Below, piece by piece: positions 48,474-56,790 of a DNA stretch of 64,000 nucleotides. Below the pieces are notes generated by a model, which saw only the letters and a program-made list of their open reading frames with translations, made no database searches and was not told the DNA's origin. Source of the stretch: Myxococcales bacterium (GTDB taxonomy: Bacteria; Desulfobacterota; Binatia; HRBIN30); the NCBI GenBank assembly GCA_037445065.1, contig JBBILD010000011.1, positions 1-64,000 of the forward strand, read 5' to 3'. The position numbers and the translations under genes are program-made. The first letter of the stretch is position 1. Every line of letters begins with the position of its first letter.

Positions 48474-49532
48474 ATGAAGGTTGGGATTGCTGGTTTTCCT
48501 CGCAGCGGAAAGACCACGCTGTTCGCAGCGCTCACCGGGCAGGAGGTCGAGCCGGGCAAGTTCGGCGAGGTGGGCGCTCTCCGGCTGGGAACGATCAAGG
48601 TGCCCGATGCACGTGTGGACGAATTGGCGCGCCGTTTTCGCCCGCGCAAAGTGACGTACGCTGAGATCGTCTTCGCTGACTTCCCTGCGCCGGCAATGCA
48701 CGGCGAGGACAAGCCGCATGCGCTCGACGCCACCACCATTACGCACATGCGCGACGTGGATGCGTTGGTGCAGGTGGTGCGGGGCTTCCCCGATCCGCTC
48801 ACGGCCGAGCCACCGCGGCCGCTTGCCGATCTCGAGGCGTTCAAGGGAGAACTCATTCTCAACGACCTTGCCATCGTGGAGCGGCGCTTGGAGCGGCTCA
48901 AAAAAGAAAAAGGCCGAGAGCGCGAGCGCGCTTTGCTGGAACGGTGCCGGGCCGCGCTGGAGCAGGAAGTCGCCTTGCGCCGTCTGGAATTCGCGCCCGA
49001 AGAAGCCACTAGCTTGGCGGGCTTCGCCTTCTTGTCCCGGCGGCCGTTGATGGTGGTGTGGAACGTGAGCGAATCCTCGGCCGGTGCGCCGATGCCCCCT
49101 GACATGCAGCAGTGGCTCGAGCGGGAGCAACTGCAGGGGTTGGTCCTGGCCGGCAAAATCGAAATGGAGATTGCTCAGCTTGCGGAGGCAGACCGTGCCG
49201 CGTTTCTGGCCGACCTGGGCGTGGAGAGTTCGGCGCGAGACCGCTTCATCCGCGCTGCCTATGGGCTGCTCGATTTGATCAGTTTTCTGACTGCCGGAGA
49301 GGATGAAGTACGAGCCTGGACCATTCGGCGTGGTACCGCTGCCGTCAAAGCCGCGGGCAAGATCCACAGCGACATCGAGCGTGGCTTTATCCGAGCGGAA
49401 GTGCTGGCCTTCGAAGATTTCGTTGCGTTTGGAAGCGAAGCAAAAGCGCGCGAAGCAGGTCGCTTGCGCTTAGAGGGTAAAGACTACGTCGTGCGCGACG
49501 GCGACATCATCCACTTTCGCTTTCACGTTTGA
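48474..49532 (+). CDS. ychF: YchF/OLA1-like P-loop NTPase with C-terminal TGS (DUF933) domain, divergent
   Basis: GFPRSGKTT, VPD.R, FLTAGEDEVRAW, AAGKIHSDIERGFIRAE, EGKDYVVRDGD. Confidence 0.85.
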   Translation: MKVGIAGFPRSGKTTLFAALTGQEVEPGKFGEVGALRLGTIKVPDARVDELARRFRPRKVTYAEIVFADFPAPAMHGEDKPHALDATTITHMRDVDALVQVVRGFPDPLTAEPPRPLADLEAFKGELILNDLAIVERRLERLKKEKGRERERALLERCRAALEQEVALRRLEFAPEEATSLAGFAFLSRRPLMVVWNVSESSAGAPMPPDMQQWLEREQLQGLVLAGKIEMEIAQLAEADRAAFLADLGVESSARDRFIRAAYGLLDLISFLTAGEDEVRAWTIRRGTAAVKAAGKIHSDIERGFIRAEVLAFEDFVAFGSEAKAREAGRLRLEGKDYVVRDGDIIHFRFHV

Positions 49533-49629
49533 GGCGGTTTGGCTCACCCGGTGGGCTGCGGTCTCTCCCTCCCCATTGCCGGGTACGAGCCGGCAACCTC
49601 TCCCGTCGCGACCCAATCGTGCATGCGGC

Positions 49630-51186
49630 TTACGCCGAGCGCTGCTTTTTCCGGTACGGCGCGCCCGCCGCAGTGAGGAACATGACGCTCCTTCCAGCTG
49701 CATGCGGGGAGAAAAACTGTACGACGTCGTCGTCGAAGAAGGTGAGTCCGGTGGCGCCGATTCCCATGCTGAAAGCCGCCAGGTAGATTTTTCCGCCGGC
49801 AATCCCGCCTTCGAGCTGGGCGGCTCGGTAACCACGATTACCAAAAGCGGGGAGGATCCGGTGGAGGTCGGCTAGGTGGTACACATTGAGCGCAGCGTCT
49901 GCGGCCAATGCCTGGCCGAGCGCGAGCTGGCCCGCAACGGTCCGGAAAGAGCCTGACCGCAACGAATGTACTGCCAGCGGTGCGCGCTGGAGGAAGTAAC
50001 CCCCCGGCGCGACTCCCTCGACCGCGTGAACAATGAGGTAGGGATCGGTCAGTGGGATACGCTGCTGAAAGTCGGCGGGAATGCGAGTGGTCGCGGCGCG
50101 GAGCACAGCATTCCAGGCCTGCGGCGAAATGGCATCTCGCGAGAAACGCCGGGTCGAGCCGCGGCGGAGAATCACTGCTTCGATGGGATCGGCCGGCATC
50201 CGGGGAAGTTCGGGGAGGAGATTCGCGGCTGCCGCGGGTGTTACCGGCGGCGGTGTCGGGGTCGGTCCGGTACGCGCCGCCTGCTGCCAGCGCTCGACGT
50301 CCGCAGCCGTTTCCAGGCTGGAGGCAGCATGCATGCGCGTGATTTCGGGGAACTCGATTTCTTTGCGGGACACAGGTTGCACCTTCGGATGCAGCGCTGC
50401 CAACGAAGGTGAGGGTGGGGGTTCGCTCTCTTGGTGCCCCAAGCCCACGATCGCAAGTGCTGCTTCCTGCCGCGGGTCTACGGCGAGCAAGTGGTTGATG
50501 GTGCTGTCGATAAATCCGAGGACCAGCGCGTACCGCAAACCAGTGGCAGCCGCCAGCGCAAACAAATTGGCGAGCAGCGTACCACAGTCCCAATAGGCGT
50601 GTCGGTAGGCGCGTTCCCGGTACTTCCAGGCATTTCGCCAAAACGTGCTGGTGCACACGATCAACACAGGGGAGTTGGCCAGGGCGGGCACTTGCCCGGC
50701 TGCTTCCAGCACGTAACGGCGGAAGTCTCCGGAACGGAGTTGGCGCAGGGCGAAGTCATGAGGTCCGAAGTGGTAGAGTCCTGCTTCCAGATCCGGAAGG
50801 CGCCCGCACACGAGGTAGAGGTCAATATGATGCAGGTTCCCCGTGCAGGCAGCGGCGCGGTAAGCGATCGTCAGCTCGCCGTATTGGCGGACCCGTACCA
50901 CCCCGGCAGTGAAAAACAACAGCCGGGCAAGGGCGCGGCGGTCTAAGCGCACGCCCTGCTGCCAGGAGTTGCCGTCGTGCAAAACGGCCGCGAGCGCCGG
51001 GGTGCGAGACGTTTCCCAGTCGGTCGGAAGCGCCTCTGCGGGCAGGCCCTCATAGATTTTGAACGGGAGCGGGTAGTTGTCCCAGTCCAGGCGGTGGGGC
51101 GAACGTTGGATACTTTCCCAAGAATGACTGGTGACTCGATGGTAGTGCCAGCCGGCCTGGGTTTGCCAATTCGCCGTCTCGCTCAT
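49630..51186 (-). CDS. SagB/ThcOx-family tandem nitroreductase-domain dehydrogenase
   Basis: LDWDNYPLPFKIY, RAAACTGNL, WKYRERAYR, RRGSTRRF, YRAAQLEGG, GATGLTFFDD. Confidence 0.88.
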   Translation of the reverse strand: MSETANWQTQAGWHYHRVTSHSWESIQRSPHRLDWDNYPLPFKIYEGLPAEALPTDWETSRTPALAAVLHDGNSWQQGVRLDRRALARLLFFTAGVVRVRQYGELTIAYRAAACTGNLHHIDLYLVCGRLPDLEAGLYHFGPHDFALRQLRSGDFRRYVLEAAGQVPALANSPVLIVCTSTFWRNAWKYRERAYRHAYWDCGTLLANLFALAAATGLRYALVLGFIDSTINHLLAVDPRQEAALAIVGLGHQESEPPPSPSLAALHPKVQPVSRKEIEFPEITRMHAASSLETAADVERWQQAARTGPTPTPPPVTPAAAANLLPELPRMPADPIEAVILRRGSTRRFSRDAISPQAWNAVLRAATTRIPADFQQRIPLTDPYLIVHAVEGVAPGGYFLQRAPLAVHSLRSGSFRTVAGQLALGQALAADAALNVYHLADLHRILPAFGNRGYRAAQLEGGIAGGKIYLAAFSMGIGATGLTFFDDDVVQFFSPHAAGRSVMFLTAAGAPYRKKQRSA

Positions 51187-51325
51187 GCTCGGCTGCGTAG
51201 CCTTCGTCGAGAGCTTGTCCAACACCGGGCGCAGGGAGCCATTGGCTGTTAGCGCCCTGGCGAGCGGAAAAAGCCGATGCAAGCCGCGAATCCTTGGGAT
51301 AAGTAAGGCAACAAAACGGATCGCA

Positions 51326-51607
51326 ATGCCCATGGAAGAGCCACCGGCACGAAGTTGTGCGTATTGTGGCCGTCTAGTGCGCGGCACGCTGCACTGGCGC
51401 GATACGTACCGTGTCGGCTTTCACTTTTTATATACGGGCGAGGTGGAGAGAGAACGCATGGCGGCGGATGACTACGGGGAACCGCGGTTCCTGGTCCGAT
51501 TGTTGCGCCCGCGCGTGGTGTACGCCTGCCTCGACTGTTACGCGCGCCCGGACGTGCAGCGCTATTGGGACCAGTGGGAGAGCGGGCTGCAGCCTGTAGA
51601 AGAGTAG
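51326..51607 (+). CDS. Small hypothetical protein with two CxxC motifs (putative Zn ribbon)
   Basis: CAYC and CLDC; stop 12 nt before the MEMO1-like gene. Confidence 0.6.
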   Translation: MPMEEPPARSCAYCGRLVRGTLHWRDTYRVGFHFLYTGEVERERMAADDYGEPRFLVRLLRPRVVYACLDCYARPDVQRYWDQWESGLQPVEE

Positions 51608-51619
51608 GGGAGGCAGCGC

Positions 51620-52480
51620 ATGCGCATCCACGATGCCGGCCTTGCCGGCCGGTGGTATCCGGGAGACCCTGGTGGCTTGCGGGCCGAGGTGACCCGCATG
51701 TTGGCGGCGGTGCGGCGCACCATGCTCGAGCGGCCACGGGCGCTAGTCGTTCCGCATGCGGGCTACATGTACTCGGGACGGGTGGCAGCTCATGCTTACG
51801 CGTTGCTGCAAGGAGTTCCCTTCCGCCGCGTCCTCCTGCTCGCTCCCAGCCACTATGCGAGCTTTCGCGGCGCGGCGACCCTGAACTTCGATGCGTTTCG
51901 GACCCCGCTCGGCTTGGTGAGGATCGAGCGCGAGTCGGAAGAGGAGCTGCGCCGCTGCCGGCTCGTACGGGACTTCGAGGAGGCATACGAGTCCGAGCAC
52001 TCGCTGGAGATCCAGTTGCCGTTTTTGCAGGTGGCGTTGCCCGATGTGCCGGTGGTCCCGCTACTGATCGGCCGTCTGAGCCGGGACGACGTGGTCGAAT
52101 TCGCCGCCTCTCTGCGGCCGTGGTACGAGCCAGAAACTCTCATCGTGGTGAGCTCCGACTTTACGCACTATGGCGCGCGTTTCGACTACTTGCCGTTCCC
52201 ACCGCGCGATGCGGCTAGCGTGCAAGCACGGCTGCACGAGCTGGATGCGGGCGCACTGGCGGCCGTTTGCGCGGGGGACGTGGACGCGCTCGACCGCTAC
52301 ATCGACAGCACAGGAGCCACCATTTGCGGGCGTTACCCGTTGCTCGCCTTCCTTGCCTTGCATCGGCGGCGCAGTGAAGGACGCTTACTGTGCTACGCCA
52401 CCTCGCTGGAGGTCACGGGCGACTTCGAGCACGTGGTGAGTTACGCCGCGGTCGCTTTTCCCGAGCCGGAAGCGGTTTGA
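51620..52480 (+). CDS. amrB: MEMO1 family / AmmeMemoRadiSam system protein B
   Basis: AGRWYP, VPHAGYMYSG, PSH, EHSLEIQLPFL, SSDFTHYG, TICG, VSYA. Confidence 0.9.
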   Translation: MRIHDAGLAGRWYPGDPGGLRAEVTRMLAAVRRTMLERPRALVVPHAGYMYSGRVAAHAYALLQGVPFRRVLLLAPSHYASFRGAATLNFDAFRTPLGLVRIERESEEELRRCRLVRDFEEAYESEHSLEIQLPFLQVALPDVPVVPLLIGRLSRDDVVEFAASLRPWYEPETLIVVSSDFTHYGARFDYLPFPPRDAASVQARLHELDAGALAAVCAGDVDALDRYIDSTGATICGRYPLLAFLALHRRRSEGRLLCYATSLEVTGDFEHVVSYAAVAFPEPEAV

Positions 52481-52574
52481 CGCTCCTCTCGGTGCAGCTC
52501 CGTGGGCACATTCGTGGAGCGGCGCTGTCTGGTGCACCTCGGGCGTCTGCGATATACGGCAGGCACACGGAGGT

Positions 52575-54980
52575 ATGGCGCAAACGGCTCAAGCTCGACG
52601 GCCGGTCCGGGCACGTGCTCGGGCCGGGCTCAGGTTGCTGGAAGAGATCGGAACGATCGTTACCCAGTCGCTCGACTTGCGCCGGAGCGCGCAGGGGATC
52701 GTGGAGGCAATTGCGCAGCACATGGGAATGGAGGTGTGCTCCATTTACGTGCTGGACCGCGAGAATCATCGCCTCCAGTTGTGGGCCACCACGGGGTTGG
52801 ACCCAGACTCTGTCGGCAAGGTGTCCATGGCCGTGGATGAAGGGCTGACCGGAATCGCGGTGCAAAAGCTCGAGCCCGTCATGGCCATCGATGCCCTTGT
52901 TCACCCGCGGTACAAGTATTTTCCAGAGACTGGGGAAGAGCGATACCACTCCTTTCTCGGTGTCCCCGTGGTGGATCGGGGCGAGCCAGTGGGGGTGCTC
53001 GTGGTGCAAACCTCGCGGCGGCGACGGTTTACGCTACCCGAGGTGCGGCTGCTCAAGGCCATTGCCGTGCCTGTGGCGGGGATCTTGGCGCAGGTGCAAC
53101 TGCAAGACACCCTGGCACTCAAAGAGGCCGAGCGGCGCGCAATGCAGGAGCAGATGGATGATGCCATCTCGCGGCTGCGTCACTTCGAACAGCTCAGCGC
53201 GCCGCGCACCGTGCGCCGCGCCGACGACGAACCGTTGCGTCTGACCGGATTGGGTGCTGCGCCGGGCTACGGAATCGGCCGGGCGCACTTGTTGCAATCG
53301 AGCGTGAGCTTTACCTCGCGCCCGCGCGAGCGGCACTTGCCAACGCGGCGGGAGCTAGCGCGAGTCAAAAAAGCGATCGCCCAGGCAGCCGAGGAACTCG
53401 AGCGCAACAAGCAGCGCGTAGCCGCGAACGTGCCGGAACTCGACGCCTCGATTTTCGATGCCCAGCGCTTGATGTTGTTCGATGCCGAGTTCCAGACCCG
53501 GGTGGAGGCGGCGATCCGCGAGGGCCTCTCCGCGGAGTGGGCGGTCGGGGAAGCGGTGGAACAGTTGGTGCGTCGCTTCAGCGAACTCGGCGACGCGTAC
53601 CTGCAAGATCGCGCTTCCGACGTGCGAGACATCGGCCAGCTTGTGCTGCGCTACTTGTTGGGACAGCAGGAGCGGTTTCCGGTGTTTGCCTCGAACGTCG
53701 TGTTCGTGGCCAACGAAATCGCACTGGCCGACCTGGCGCGCGTTCAGCAGGAGGGGCTCAAAGGCCTGGTGCTGGCCAGTGGTGGCGTGACTTCCCATGC
53801 GGCGATTCTGGCTCGGACGCTCGAGATTCCAACCGTGGTCGGCGTGGAAAGAGTGGAGGAACTCATCCGCGAGGGCGACCACCTGATCGTGGATGGCAAC
53901 GCCGGGGTGGTGTTTGTGAATCCGACCGCCGAAGTGGTACGAGAATACGAGCGGCTCGGTCGGGAGCAGGCCGCGTTCAGCCGCGACTTGGAGGCGCTGA
54001 GAGATCTTCCGGCGGAAACGCCGGATGGACACCGGATCCACCTGTGGGCCAATATCGGCTTGCTCGGAGACCTGACCTGGTTGAATCGGTACGGAGCCGA
54101 GGGGGTAGGGTTGTACCGGACCGAAGTGGCTTTCCTGTCTCACCGCGATTTCCTGACCGAGGAGGAGCAGTTCGAAATTTACCGGCGCATCCTCACCGGG
54201 CTCGCTGGCAAGCCGCTCACCATTCGTACCTTGGATCTGGGGGCGGACAAGTACCCGCGTTACTTGCACATTCCGCGCGAGGACAACCCCTTTCTCGGCT
54301 GGCGCTCGATCCGCATCTCTCTGGAAATGCCCGAGATTTTCAAGCAGCAGTTGCGTGCTGTCTTGCGCGCCAGTGTGTACGGACCACTGCGCCTCATGTT
54401 TCCCATGATCTCGAGTGTGGAAGAGATTCGCCGCGCCAAGGAGATTCTGGCCAGCGCGCAGGAGGATCTTGAACAGCGCGGCGAGAGTTACGACCCGCAG
54501 ATCCCGCTGGGCATCATGGTTGAGGTGCCGGCCGCCGTGTACTTGGCGCCGCACCTGGTTCGCGAGGTGGACTTCGTCAGCATTGGTACCAACGACCTGA
54601 TCCAATACGTGCTGGCGGTGGACCGCAACAATCGGAAAATCGGGGACTTGTACGAACCCCTCCACCCAGCGGTGTTGCAGGCAATCGCCAATGTAATCCA
54701 CGCGGCGCGCAGCGCTGGAAAGCAAGTCTCCTTGTGCGGTGAAATGGCAGCGGACCCAATGTGTGCGGTCGTGCTGACCGGCTTAGGCCTCGAAGATTTG
54801 AGCATGACGCCGTTTTTCATTCCGCTGATCAAGCGGCTTGTCCGCTCGTTGCCGTTCGAGCAGGCACAGGCCATCGCCGAGGAAGTCTTGCGGATGGCGA
54901 CCGTAAAGGAAGTCAAGGGCTTCTTGTTCGAGGCCATGCGCGATCTGCAGTTGATCGACCTGGTCGAGGTGTATCACTGA
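52575..54980 (+). CDS. ptsP: GAF-domain phosphoenolpyruvate-protein phosphotransferase (EI-Ntr)
   Basis: N-terminal GAF (CSIY...EGL.G...HPRYKYFPETGEE.Y.SFLGVP), TSHAAI phospho-His, GLYRTE, SIGTNDL, CGEMA. Confidence 0.95.
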   Translation: MAQTAQARRPVRARARAGLRLLEEIGTIVTQSLDLRRSAQGIVEAIAQHMGMEVCSIYVLDRENHRLQLWATTGLDPDSVGKVSMAVDEGLTGIAVQKLEPVMAIDALVHPRYKYFPETGEERYHSFLGVPVVDRGEPVGVLVVQTSRRRRFTLPEVRLLKAIAVPVAGILAQVQLQDTLALKEAERRAMQEQMDDAISRLRHFEQLSAPRTVRRADDEPLRLTGLGAAPGYGIGRAHLLQSSVSFTSRPRERHLPTRRELARVKKAIAQAAEELERNKQRVAANVPELDASIFDAQRLMLFDAEFQTRVEAAIREGLSAEWAVGEAVEQLVRRFSELGDAYLQDRASDVRDIGQLVLRYLLGQQERFPVFASNVVFVANEIALADLARVQQEGLKGLVLASGGVTSHAAILARTLEIPTVVGVERVEELIREGDHLIVDGNAGVVFVNPTAEVVREYERLGREQAAFSRDLEALRDLPAETPDGHRIHLWANIGLLGDLTWLNRYGAEGVGLYRTEVAFLSHRDFLTEEEQFEIYRRILTGLAGKPLTIRTLDLGADKYPRYLHIPREDNPFLGWRSIRISLEMPEIFKQQLRAVLRASVYGPLRLMFPMISSVEEIRRAKEILASAQEDLEQRGESYDPQIPLGIMVEVPAAVYLAPHLVREVDFVSIGTNDLIQYVLAVDRNNRKIGDLYEPLHPAVLQAIANVIHAARSAGKQVSLCGEMAADPMCAVVLTGLGLEDLSMTPFFIPLIKRLVRSLPFEQAQAIAEEVLRMATVKEVKGFLFEAMRDLQLIDLVEVYH

Positions 54981-55001
54981 ACGAGGAGAGGAGGCGCTGC
55001 G

Positions 55002-55526
55002 GTGATGGGCAAGCAAACCGGGTCTGGGATGGTAGGCGTGTGCGCGAGGGTGCGGGAGCTGTGCACGGCCGCGGCGTTTCTGTCTTTCGTGGTGTCGGTC
55101 AGCTGGGCTGCCCCGCCACGGGCGGCGCGCACCGAGAACCCACGCACTCCGGATCGGTGGGCAGAAGTGCAGGAATTGTTGCGGCAGCAAGAGCAGCGCT
55201 CCGGTGAACTCGCCGCCACTGCGGCCCGCCTCGACGAAGAGATCGGGCAGATGCAAAAGCGCTTGCACGAACTGGTGGTCGAAGTGCGGCCGCAGCGAGA
55301 GCAGGTGCATGCACTGCAGGAGACCTTACGGGATATGCGCGAGGAAGTGCGCGGGCTCTATGTGGAGAGCAGCGGTCTCAAAGGGGACATTGCGCAGGTG
55401 GCGGATAAGCTCGACGGCCTCGCCGAGGACCTTGCCAGCTTCCGCTTGAGTGCAGGAATCATTGCCGCGCTCATTGTCTTGCTGCAGATCATTGGCATCG
55501 GCCTCGCAGTTCGGATGCGTAGTTAA
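55002..55526 (+). CDS. Hypothetical coiled-coil protein with N-terminal signal and C-terminal TM anchor
   Basis: AGGAG RBS, hydrophobic N-terminus, heptad-rich middle, C-terminal IIAALIVLLQIIGIGLAV. Confidence 0.7.
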   Translation: MMGKQTGSGMVGVCARVRELCTAAAFLSFVVSVSWAAPPRAARTENPRTPDRWAEVQELLRQQEQRSGELAATAARLDEEIGQMQKRLHELVVEVRPQREQVHALQETLRDMREEVRGLYVESSGLKGDIAQVADKLDGLAEDLASFRLSAGIIAALIVLLQIIGIGLAVRMRS

Positions 55527-55719
55527 CCGGCGAAGGACACGCCACCCGGCAGACCAGCAGTTCGCCCTGTTCGGGTGGTAGACTCGCGCGCTGCGATGTT
55601 CTCGTGAGGCGCGAGTCTCGTTTTCGAGAAAAGGCGGGTGCTGAGAACTCCGTAGGAGCCGGTTGCGGCAACGGCATTGCGCTTGCTGGCTTGTTCGCTT
55701 CGTGGAAAGCCGATCAACG

Positions 55720-56781
55720 ATGCGAACTGCGCATGTGCGTTGTCTGCTGGGCGTGTGGCTGTGCTTGGCAGCCTGCTCGCGGGGTGAGCCGCCGCTGCCT
55801 CCCCTCCCGCAGCCGCTGATCCGCTTGTCCGACAAGTTTTTCGACGTCGCTGCGCTAGGACCCGAGCGCGCGATCGTGGTCGGGTACGCAGGAAAGATCC
55901 TGCTTACGGAGGACGGAGGGTTTCGCTGGGAGCAAATCCCGAGCGGTACAGAGCTGGCGCTGTATCGGATTCGCTTCGTCAACCCACAGGTCGGCTGGAT
56001 CAGTGGGCAAGAAGGGCTCATCCTGCACACCACGGATGGGGGGCGGACTTGGGTCCGCCAAGGTACCCCGACGCGGGTCAACCTGTTCAGCGTCTCGTTT
56101 GCCGATGAACAGTACGGCTGGGCTGTGGGAGACCTGTCGCTCGGAATTCGCACTCGGGACGGAGGCCGCTCCTGGTCACTGCACCGGGTGGCGGCTGCCG
56201 AGGATCGGGGCAAACGCTCTGCGGAGGAAGCCATCATCGAACAGGAGCCCATTTTGTACGACGTGTATTTTGCCGATCGCGAGCACGGTTGGGTGGTGGG
56301 AGAGTTCGGCAAGTTGCTGCGCACCATTGATGGCGGTGAGACGTGGAGCAGTCACGAGGCCACTCTGCTCGGCGAGGAGATCGTAGATGTGCTCGACATC
56401 CCAACCTTTTTTGGGATTTCCGCGCGCACGTCTCGGGAGCTCGTGGTTGCTGGACTGGAAGGGAAAGTGGCGCGCAGCGTGGATGGCGGTCAAACCTGGA
56501 GGCTCGATTCGGTCGAGTCTCCTTTCCCCGTCGTGGATCCGTTGTTCGTACCGTTTTTGTTCGACGACGGTTTCGGTTGGGTGGCGGGTGCTTCGGGTCA
56601 GATCTTGCGCCGGGCGGGAGCCGATTCGCCTTGGCAGCGTGCGGACTTGGGAATGGAGGTGTCCACCTGGATTCGCGGCATGGACTGGTGGGATGCCCGA
56701 ACGGGCTGGTTGGTCGGCGGCTACGGTTTGATCCTGCACACCACGGATGGCGGGCGGACGTGGAGTCCAGCCCTCGGTTGA
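55720..56781 (+). CDS. YCF48/BNR-repeat beta-propeller lipoprotein
   Basis: Lipobox LAAC; repeated GW.VG..G.IL.T.DGG.TW. Confidence 0.9.
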   Translation: MRTAHVRCLLGVWLCLAACSRGEPPLPPLPQPLIRLSDKFFDVAALGPERAIVVGYAGKILLTEDGGFRWEQIPSGTELALYRIRFVNPQVGWISGQEGLILHTTDGGRTWVRQGTPTRVNLFSVSFADEQYGWAVGDLSLGIRTRDGGRSWSLHRVAAAEDRGKRSAEEAIIEQEPILYDVYFADREHGWVVGEFGKLLRTIDGGETWSSHEATLLGEEIVDVLDIPTFFGISARTSRELVVAGLEGKVARSVDGGQTWRLDSVESPFPVVDPLFVPFLFDDGFGWVAGASGQILRRAGADSPWQRADLGMEVSTWIRGMDWWDARTGWLVGGYGLILHTTDGGRTWSPALG

Positions 56782-56790
56782 GAAGCAGGG

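Noticed and set aside
49630..51186. Thiazole/oxazole RiPP (TOMM) cluster
   Set aside because: No YcaO cyclodehydratase, E1-like partner or Cys/Ser-rich precursor nearby
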